This document shows, one piece after another, positions 54,150 to 64,000 of a stretch of DNA of 64,000 nucleotides (within the stretch, counting starts at the first letter, position 1; the number at the start of each line of letters is the position of its first letter). Under the pieces are notes generated by a model, which searched no databases, was not told where the DNA came from, and was given only the letters and a program-made list of their open reading frames with translations. This DNA is from the human T2T-CHM13v2.0 reference genome, Homo sapiens. Location: the NCBI RefSeq assembly GCF_009914755.1, contig NC_060935.1. One strand, 5' to 3'. Position numbers and translations under genes: made by a program.

Positions 54150-55640
54150 GCTTTTAAATTTAAAGTTTAGTTTGGATGACTGTAAAATTCTAAGCTCATA
54201 TTTTCCTTCTTTGCTTATATTTCTATTTTGGCATAATATATTGCTGTTGAAAGGTTTGATGACAATTAAATTTCTTCCCTTTATAAGCGACTTTATTTTT
54301 TTTCCTAGATGCAAAGGGATTTCTTTTTTTTTTAATTTATTTTTTAAGCCTTCCAGTTTTACTAGGGCATGTCTTGGCATTACCTGCCCCAGTTAGATTT
54401 TTTCCAGGTGTGTTGTGTCCCATTTTATTAAAGTATGATTTTATGTCTTTATTTCAAAAAAGTATTTTTGATTATAGTATTTAGCTTTTGTCCGCTCATT
54501 GCTTTGCTTTTCTCTTCTAGGGGCAGCTACCTTATGTATAAAGAGTTTTCTTTGCTCATCTTCTCTATTAGTCTCTCTTGAAATAATTTCATCTCTTTTT
54601 AAAAAAGTTTTCTCCTTTTATATAAATATTATTTTAAACATGTTCTCCTTTCCCTCTTTTACTTCTCATAAGACATTTTTCTGAGTATTTATTTGCTCTT
54701 CCATTAGTTTAGGCTTCATCTCTGGAGCAGCTTTTTCTTTCATTTCTACCTCCTTTCTGAGTTCTGAAATTCTGTCTCCAGTCACCTCATATCTGAGTAA
54801 TTCCATTTATTATTTTTATGTTGCTTGTGTACAGTTTCTATTACTTTTTAATTTGTTTTAGTTTGTTTTAGCATATTAGTTCACTGTGTCTGACAGTATT
54901 TGTCTGTTTTGTGGACCTGACTCCTGAAATGCCTTAATTGTCTGTAGAGGCTGATTCTACTTCTTTCTCTCTCTCATGTTCTCACTGTCACGCTATTTCA
55001 TTTTCTAAAAACTTAACATATGGGATTCTTCTGCCACCCTTTTGATTCTGATGGCTTTGTGAGACGAGTTTTCCTTTATTTTTAATAGGAGCGTGTGGGC
55101 CACATTCTCTTTTCATAGCTCTAGAGGCCCCTCTCCTGTTATGTTCATTAAGTGTTCAGAAATAGGGCCTTGCCCCTTCTGAAATCTGCATCTGCTGTTT
55201 CCTCTCCCACTTTTATCTCTTTTATCTTATTCTTATCTTTTCTTCTCTTGTAGCATTCATGTTCTGTTATCAATTTAGGCTCTATTTCTGGCCATTTCTC
55301 CTTACTTTGCAGTTTTATCCTGGAAAATTGCTTTGGCTTATTCTTAGGGTCTAAACTGCTCCAGTGCTGTCAAACTCTCACTCTCACCAGTAAGTTTAAG
55401 CCGGCAAGTTTCTTTCCCAGACTCAGCTGCTGTTTTCAGGTTGAACTAGACATATTCCACTGAGAACGTATGGGAAATTTGAGAATTCCCTGGCTTTTGG
55501 TGTTGTCAGATCCCTTTGCCCTTCTCCTGTTACTGCGCACACAGTTACTGATAACTCATGAGATGCCGTGGCTGTAAGTGGTTTTTCCATGTCCCCATAT
55601 GCTTATATTTTGAAGGTTTTAGAGATACCCTATATGTAGG
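54150..55640 (-). mobile_element. Ancient L1M ORF1/5' region remnant
   Basis: ORF 54123..54380(-) PRHALVKL...ELRILQSSKLNFK resembles ORF1p. The right boundary is uncertain. Confidence 0.55.
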
Positions 55641-55734
55641 AGACTTGAAAGAGATTTGATAACCATGCCACAAACCCACAATCTCCTCCTGTACCCATTT
55701 CCAATCATCAGGGCTATTCAGAAAAACTCCAAAG

Positions 55735-55890
55735 AAGCTTTATTAACCCCACTGTATAGAGTTAATGGAGAAACTAAAGCTTGGAGAAATTAAGAAACTT
55801 AAATACACTGTCAAAACCAGAAAAGGGCAAAGGCAAAATCTGAACCCAGGTCCACTTGACTTTCAAATTCATGTTTTCCCACCATGAAAA
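55735..55890 (-). mobile_element. MIR fragment
   Basis: GGAGAAACTAAAGCTTGGAGAAATTAAGAAACTT...TGAACCCAGGTC. Confidence 0.6.
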
Positions 55891-57659
55891 TATTGTTTCT
55901 CTTAGCATTTGAAGTAAGACTGCACTAGATTTCTCAGTTTCTTGGTATAGAGAGAGGTGAGGATGACCAAAAAGATATGCTGAGCAATGGGGGCTGGGGA
56001 CTGGGTCATAAGACAAGGCTATTCAGGCTGTGGCTCCTCCTTACATCACCATGGCTGAACTAAACTTCCTCATATGCAAAAAGAACTCTAACACAAGACT
56101 TAGCATCCATCTGAGAATACATACATTATAAAGTTGAAAAAGAAAGTATTTAACAACTTGAGTAATTAAGACAGATTCTATCTGGATGGTTTGCGTACAG
56201 CCCTGAGCAGAGCACAGAGTGCAATGCATGTTCTGTTCTAGATGTTGTTTGTTTGGTAAGATTGTAATTCTATCATGGCGTAAGCTCACTACTTCTATCA
56301 TTTAAGACCAGTGAGTTTAGGCTGAGTGGGTCCAGGTTTAAGAAGAGACAGACTATGTCCTCATTGACTTTGGGAAAGAAATGGATAGCTGATTGGACCC
56401 CTCATTTGTCTAAAGGAGATCACACAAGTCATACATGAGAGAACAAGAACAACACACTATTTTTCCTCTGCTAAGGAAAAGCCAAAGTGAAAAAGTTGAT
56501 CAGAGTAAGAATTACTTAGTTATGATAGTAATAGGTAACCGTGAGCGCATATGGCAATCAGAATGAAGATCTACTGCAGGAACTGATTCCTGCATCAGGA
56601 GAGAATTTAGCGTGCATAAAGGTATCAAATAGCAGTCAGGGATTCTATCTGGAATACAGATTAAACATAGAAAATTTGGATTACATGGAAAATCCACCAA
56701 GTCACATGTTGTAAACATTTACTGGTATTATTTTTTAATTCTCTTTTAGTTAGAAAAAAAGTTGGAAAGTTTTGTACCCACTTTAATCTACTCCCATTAA
56801 TGTCAGATTAATTATTTATATTTAATTTGTTAGAAGTTCAATATTTAATTTAAAAAATCACTAAATGTATTGGTGGCATTTTAATAAATAATATCTAATA
56901 ACTATTAAAGATTACTCAAAATGTACAAGATATTTAATTTCACAACACAACCCTTTTGTGGTCTCATAAACTGAAACACAATATTGCCTGTAAGCAAACT
57001 CAAAACTCTGACATATTCACAGCATAATCTATGTCCTTGACTCCTTCTGCACCGTTGGTGCCTGTTAGAATCTATGACTTGGAGAAATTTTTAAGGAAAG
57101 AATATCTGAAGGAAGGACAGCTCAACTGCCAAAGGTAGAAACAGCATGCTACCTGCACATTCATATCTTAGTTCCAACAGAAGTTTGAAGCGACTGTATA
57201 GGATGGTTAGAAATTAGTTATATTATATTACACACTAGTAAACACGGCATCTCCCATTGTCCCATCTCGCTGACTTCCCTTATTTCTCCATAGAGCTACT
57301 GCGAAACAAGCTTTTTTTTCCCTACTACATTCTTTTCCGACCGTAGTTTGTGTATAAATTCTACTTTCCTTAAAGACTTAGCCAAAATATAATTCTTTAT
57401 TGAACAAAATTAATTCCCTCTCTTCTTGCACACCACTCCTACACACAGCACCTGGCAGATACCTATTTTTTAATAATTAACTGATTCTACTGTCCTTATT
57501 TACATATGTCTCTCTCGCTAAATTATAAGCTCTTCTCCCAAAGTAACATTTTCCAATCATTGCTGTATCCCTTGCTAATTCCTGGTACAGAGATTGCATT
57601 CGTCATCCTTTCTATTTATCTCCTTAAGTGAAAATGTTCTTGGGTGAGGTGTTTTCATT

Positions 57660-58640
57660 CATTCTTCAAGCTGTCTACTTGAAATTCTTACCTGAATGTC
57701 TAATTAGGTGCTCAAAAGAGCATAATTCTCCTACTCACCTCTTCTGTCCAACTTGGTCTTTTGCATTTCAATAAGTAGCCCTACTCCATAGAAATCTAGG
57801 AATTATGTTTAGTCCTTGTCTTTTCCTCAACCCAGCACCTAATCTTTCAGAAAGTTCTGTTGGTTCAGATACCAAAATAAACTTTGAATCCATTACTACC
57901 TATATCATGCTAGTCCAAGCCACTATCCTCTTTCCCATGGAATACTACCATAGTCTCCAAAATGACAATCATCAGTCTTTTATCTTCTTCTAATCTATTC
58001 TCTTCAAATAACCAAAGGATCTTTTAAAAATGTAAATATGATTATATCATCCTTCTTTTTAAGTTTTTTGAAAGCAGTATCTTTTTATATCACTTATATT
58101 AAAATTTTACCTGCATTACAGATAAGGCTGCCAGATTTAGCAAATTATAATAGAGGACACTCAGTTAATTTGAATTGAAGATTAACAATAAATTTTTCTT
58201 AATATAATTATGTTCTGTGCATTATTTGAGACATACTTATACAAAAAGATACAAATTGTTATCTGGAATTAAAATTTAACTGAGCATCCAGTACTTTTTA
58301 TAGCAACCCTAGTTATAAGGCCCAATAAAGTCAGGGTTCTGACTGACTTTCTCACTTTATTTAATATTATTTTTCCCTTATTCACTATGCAAAATTCACA
58401 TTAACATTCTGACAGTTTTTATAATATTCTAAGTTCTTACCTACCACACTGGTAATGCAAATTTAGTTTTCTCTGCTTATAACATTTTCCCCTAGTCTTT
58501 TTGATTCCTGGCTCCTTCTGATCACTCAAGTGTCAAGTTTAAATTTCATTCCTCATAGGCCCTTTCTGATCACCTTATTTAATAAGAGTCCCTTTCAATT
58601 TTTGGTGGTAGCACATGGAAAATACTCAATGTTAGCTACT
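57660..58640 (+). mobile_element. L2 remnant interrupted by MER53
   Basis: CTAGTCCAAGCCACTATC and AAATGTAAATATGATTATATCA; L2 sequence resumes after 58312. Confidence 0.7.
58123..58311 (+). mobile_element. MER53 hAT MITE (palindromic)
   Basis: Terminal inverted repeats TAAGGCTGCCAGA.../...TAGCAACCCTA, ~190 bp, with internal inverted symmetry. Confidence 0.85.
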
Positions 58641-58876
58641 ACTATCATTCTTGTTGTTATTCCAATTCTATGATTAACCTAGTTTACCACTGAGTCTTTT
58701 ATACAACATACAGATCCATAACACATTCAGCGAAGTTTCCATTTAAGAAGAATGGTGAAAAATAAATATGTTTAATAAGAAGTAGTTTGAGAACAAGGTG
58801 GATGTGAAGAATACCTATATTTCTCTATATATATTCCTGAGTAGACAAGAAACAAAGTCAAGAACAGGTAGGAGAG

Positions 58877-59348
58877 TAAGGTAGTAGATGGGACTTGACT
58901 CCAGAGGTAGGGCCCTGACACTGGAAAAGATCCAGGACTAGCTAAAACCAGGCCAGGGTGAAAGCAGCTTTCAATCAGACATGCCCACCAGTGTGCCATG
59001 GCAATTTACCATTGCCATGGCAACACCTGGGAGTTACCACTCCTTTCCATAGCAATGACCCAATGACCCAAAAGTTACTACCCCTTACCTAGAAATTTCT
59101 GCATAAACAGCCCCTTAATCCACATGCAATTACAAGTGGGTATAAATATGACTGCTGAACTGCCCTGAGCTGCTACTCTCTGCCTACAGGGTATCCCTGC
59201 TTTATGGGAGCAGCCACAGAGCTGTAAAACTGCCTCTTCAATAAAGCTGTTTTCTTCTACCTCTGGCTTACACTTGAGTTCTTTCCTGGGCAAAGCCAAG
59301 AACTCCCGTAGGCTAAGCTCCACTTTGGAGCTCACCCACCCTGCATCA
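58877..59348 (+). mobile_element. MER66-like ERV1 solo LTR
   Basis: T(A)AGGTAG...CCCTGCATCA; TATAAA at 59141, AATAAA at 59240; 4-bp TSD AGAG/AAAG. Confidence 0.85.
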
Positions 59349-61209
59349 AAAGGACTATCTGGTGCCTGAGCTTTTAGTACACTTCTAAGATTGAAGTTAG
59401 TAGCACTAAAGAAAAAGTTAAAAGGAAGGAAAAAAAATAAGTGACCAAAAGGCATTAGTATATGGATGGGCAAACATTGTAGGGCCACCAAGATCTGCAC
59501 ATCTGACTTCTACTAACTCACTGGATGGTCATCAGGGTAGCCTTTCTGATGCAGAGAACCTGAGGTTTAGCAAATAACTACTGAAAACTCTGAACTATTC
59601 TTGTAAGAAATCTAAAACACAGACCTCATATTAAGTAAATCCAAGGAAATTTTGAATGCATTCTATTTTCTTAATTGTATTCAAAATAAACCCCAGAACC
59701 CAGATGCTTTGGTATAATCTCAAAGTTAAATAAATTGCTTTTGCAGATACACGGGTAGTGATTTTAAGAGCAATCTTCCTGCAGCACAAAGTATGTTTTT
59801 TTCTTTTAAAAAAAGAAAGAAAACAAATAAAATGTCATTATGAGATGCTAATTGTTGGAAAAATTTGGGTTTTGAAAACCAATCTTTTCTTCCCAGAATG
59901 GAGAGAGAAGAAAAGCTTTTAAAAACCACTCCAAACTATTTTTGTTCCCTCATACCAAAACACAAAGAGGCTTGTTCATTTTCAATTGAATTAAAAATAA
60001 AGTCACAGGGATTGAGGAACAATATATCAACTTTCTGTTCAAAATGCATGTTTTTACTATTAGATGTAGTGTCATAAACATGATGCCATTGTAACTGAAA
60101 TCAAGCTTTAAATATTCTGCCAAATGCATGTTTTTCAGTCGTGCAAATAGTGTCCTTTTGAAACATGTATTTATAACTTACTCTGAAAAAAATATTCAAA
60201 AGAATTCTTTTATTCTTTTTTAGGTCCACTGTTTGTATAACTAACCTCATCTCAGGAATATTATTGAACTAAACATAAATGTGGCTTTCATTTGATGAGC
60301 TATGGACAATTATACTGCAAATTCCAATGGCTGATCTTGAGCAGACAGATCTACTGGGAGAAAAATGGGATAATGTCAAACAGATATTTTTTATCTCAAG
60401 TAATCAAACAGCATTTACAGTTTCTGAAGTTCTTTCAAAATCAGACATTTAAATGCAATCATATAATAGAAGGAGAAAGATAGTACAGAGTGAACCTCAA
60501 AGTAGCAGTTAAAAACACAGGCAGAAATCCTGTTCATTATTAACTGGATGTCTGAGGATATAATACTTCCTACACACTCCTTTCAAATTATACCCTTTAT
60601 GTCTATGGAAGATAGTCATAATTGCCTGAGAAATTTAGTGAAACTATCCAGTTAGATAATACCAGCAATCATGTGGCTTGGAAATATTTTCAATGGTGTA
60701 AATTTATAATCAAATGATGGGTATCATAACTGGCACAATAAGAACCACTCATACATCTATATATCTATCAGTTATTTGTCCATAACTAAGACTATTTTTA
60801 AGGCAATTCACTAATAACTGAATATAAAGAACTTGTAGCTATCAGAATATAATTAGAAAATACTGAATTATATATGTAAACTTGCAGGTGTATTCATATG
60901 CATCCAACCATGCATTAAATTAAACTGCACAGGAAAATGTTTGAATTTGCAATCATGCACATCATCTGGTAGCATGCCATTAAAACTGATGATTTATTTT
61001 ACATATGTGAAGGATTCATAATTACTTCAATGGCCTAAAATGCACACTCGTAATTTGAATTACTTGAAATCTCCTATTATATCCATAATATAAAAAATTA
61101 TAAAATAAAATATTATCAACTATGCTATGTCTTGTAATGCAAGCATGACTGACAGTCCTCTTCACAATCACTATGTGAAAAGAGCTTTTATCACAAAATC
61201 AGGCAAGAT

Positions 61210-61420
61210 AATGAACATCGAAAGCAGGTTTCCCTAGCTTCATATCCAGGCATTAGCAATATGAACTTGGGCATAAGATTTAGCATCACTGTGACCCAAT
61301 TAACTTGTGTGTAAAATAAAAATGACAACTTACCTCATGCAATATCTTTGAGGAATAAATGTGGAAACAAGTAAATACCACTGGCATTTGCCACATGCTC
61401 AACACATGTTAGTTTCCTTT
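61210..61420 (+). mobile_element. MIR
   Basis: TGAACTTGGGCA...TGTAAAATAAA...ACCTCATG...TGAGGAATAAATG. Confidence 0.6.
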
Positions 61421-62179
61421 AACCAATTTAGAATGAAGCAAGGGTGTCACCTTCTGCAAAATGAGGAGCCAGGTTTGACTTCTTTAAAGGACATTGACAG
61501 TCAATACAATCTTGGTTTTGCATATAGTATGATTCTAATCAACATTCCAGACACTTCCAAAATGAACAGCTATCCTTCTTTCTCAATTATAATGCTCCAG
61601 GAATTGCATTAAAGCCTGCAAAAAGACTGAGCTGATAAAGACGTAAATTGGCTTAATAAACCCTTTCTTATCAGTTGAAAATACTATTACATTGAAATAA
61701 TGCTTCAGACATTATTTGCGGCTCATAAAAGTCACATGTAGATTGCGGCAGCTTTCTCTGCATATTATACCTCCTTACCAACAGCATCATTGTCTTCTCC
61801 ATCATCAACTAACCATTACATGTTCAGGGCACAGCGTTGGATGCCAGACATCTGTTTCACATCAATGTGGAATGTTGAGGTTATCATTTATTTATAATAA
61901 CATATCAAGTACAATCTAAACTACATAACCTCACTATTTTATTATTTCTCGGTCAGTCTATGGAGCACACTACAGACCACCAGACTCTTGGAGATACTGC
62001 CTCACTGACACCAGATTCTCCTTGTCTATATTAACTCTCAATTTATGGTTCACCTTACAGAGAAAAAGTAGCTGCTTTTTCCCATCTATGATGCCATATT
62101 TAATAGCACAGACCAACAAAGACCAATACGAGGGCCTCATAGGCTAGATTATCATGTGAAAGCATTTAATGTAGAATTC

Positions 62180-62470
62180 CTTAATTTGGAAGGTTATGCT
62201 CTACTTTCTGTAGTTTTCCCTGACATTCCCTGGACTAGATAGGTATTCCTATTATGAGCTTCTACGCAAGATTGAGATTTCCTATGATCTCCCTCTAATA
62301 AGTGATTTTAACTCTTGGTTTAACTGTTGTTCTTCACCATCAGGCTGTATTCTTTGCGGAGGCATGGGGTTTACCTATCTTGTTCTTCATTGTACGCTAA
62401 AGAGCTGGCATTTTTCTTGGTTTATAATCATTGCTCAAGCATAGTTGTGAAATACATTAGAAATACAATA
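62180..62470 (+). mobile_element. L2 3' fragment
   Basis: TTTTCCCTGAC...CTATCTTGTTCTTCATTGTA...TGCTCAA. Confidence 0.5.
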
Positions 62471-62694
62471 CTTTTTCTCAAATGATTTCTCAATGATTAG
62501 AAATATCATTTCTCACACTTAGGATAATGTTTTAACCCATGTGATTATTTTACAAACACACACACAAGCTTATTACTAGAATGTTTTATGTCTTCCTATG
62601 TGCAGGAATATACCTGCACAAGTGCAAAGCCTGATATAGAGAAAGAATATCATTAATAATTTTGAATAAATTAATTGGTTAATAAACTGATCTT

Positions 62695-64000
62695 TATTAT
62701 TTTTATTCCTTTTTTATTTTCATGGCTACATACTAGGTGAAAATATTTATGTGGTATATGAGATACTTTGATATGGGCAATGAGTACTTATCACACCAAG
62801 GAAATGGGTACAAAAATATATTGTTAGAAAGAATGAATAAGACTTAATATAGAATTTTTTATAGAATTGCTTGAGCTCCTTATGTATCCTGGTTATTAAT
62901 CCCTTGACAGATGGGTAGTTTGCAGATACGTTCTCCCATTCTGTGTGTTGTTTCTTGACTTTGTTGATTGTTTCCTTCACTGTGCAGAAGCTTTTCAACT
63001 TTATGTGATCCCATTTGTCCATTTTTGCTTTGGTTGCCTGTGCTTGTGGAGTATTACTCAAAAAAATTTTGCCCAGACCAATGTCCTGGAGAGCTTCCTT
63101 GGTGTTTTCTTGTAGAAGTTTCATAGTTTGAGGTCTTAGATTTAAGTCTTTAATACATTTTGGTTTCATTATTGTACATAGTGAGAGATAGGGATCTAGT
63201 CTCTTTCTTTGGCATATAGTTAGCCAGATTTTCCAAGACCATTTCTTAAAGAGACTGTCACTTTTCCAGTGTATTTTCTTGGCACCTTTCCTTCAGGGTG
63301 GCAAGCTCTCTCAGGCCCTCAGATCCCCCAGAGATGCTGTCTGGGAGCCAGGTATTGAAGTAAAAAACCTTAGAAGTTTAATTAAAGTTCTATTGTACTG
63401 TGGCTAAACTGGCACTCAAACCACAAGACATTTCTTCCCCATGCTTCCTCCCCTTTCCATAGGCAGAGGAGCCTGTCCCTGTGTCAACCACCACCAGCAA
63501 CTCACAAGGGGCTGTGCCAGGCTGCCACCATTGATCACTTAAAGGCCAAGGGCTCTTCAGTCAGCTGTGAGGAATGCTGCCAGGCCTGGACTCACCCTTC
63601 AGGGGCAGTGGGCTCCCCACTGGCCCAGGGCAGGACCAGAAATGCTGACCAAGAGCCTATGCCTCGAGTCAAGGACCCCATGAGTCTGCTTGGTGCGCCA
63701 CTCAACTTTGGCAAGCTGATACCTAAGATGCAAGATGGAGTCCCCTTTACTTTTCCCCCTGCTTTTTTCAAACAGAAGGAATCTTTCACCATAGCCACTA
63801 CAGCTGGGAATGTGCTGGGTCTCATCTGAAGGCAGCATGTCTCAGATCCTAACACCCACAGCATATTACCTGAGCATTGCTTTTGGTTATTCAGGGTCCG
63901 GAAATTCTTTCGTCAGAAGATAATGATTCTTGCCAGGTCTCTGCTGTGACAGGGTAGGACTGAGTTCAATGTAACGTCACTTAGTCACTGCTCTCTCCCT
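62695..64000 (-). mobile_element. Internally deleted and rearranged L1MA1-3-like element (3' tip, short inverted piece, ORF2 C-terminal segment, 5' UTR); continues right of the window
   Basis: ORF 62747..63169(-) IKDLNLRPQTMKLL...KAKMDKWDHIKLKSFCT is L1 ORF2p. L1M-type 5' UTR sequence follows from ~63290. Confidence 0.85.

Noticed and set aside
56537-56620. Short hairpin GCAGGAA-ctga-TTCCTGC with nearby CpGs
   Set aside because: A 7-bp stem is expected by chance, and there are no tRNA or snoRNA features.
59078-59500. 140-aa minus-strand ORF
   Set aside because: Mostly antisense MER66 LTR sequence with no protein features.
62747-63169. 140-aa ORF as a host gene
   Set aside because: It is an L1 ORF2p C-terminal fragment that runs into junction sequence.

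Overview
This is primate (human-like) AT-rich, CpG-depleted genomic DNA with no CpG island and no recognisable host protein-coding gene, so it looks intergenic or deep-intronic. Most ORF-track entries are chance or repeat-derived. The centrepiece is a structurally complete but coding-dead HERV-L provirus (7479-14160, + strand). It has MLT2A1-type LTRs, a TAGAT target-site duplication (TSD), a tRNA-Leu primer-binding site (PBS), gag-pro-pol-dUTPase remnants and no env. Its 3' LTR carries a much younger 151-bp tandem duplication. The window also holds several old L1s, seven Alu-family SINEs, MaLR/ERV solo LTRs, hAT MITEs (MER53, MER63, MER94) and L2/MIR relics. Three L1s show twin-priming 5' inversions and two have large internal deletions. 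I found no convincing new gene system. The best leads are a possible MLT2A1-driven spliced transcript, the LTR duplication, a THE1 foldback rearrangement and several short template-switch palindromes. Repeat family names come from remembered consensus sequences, not from a database search.
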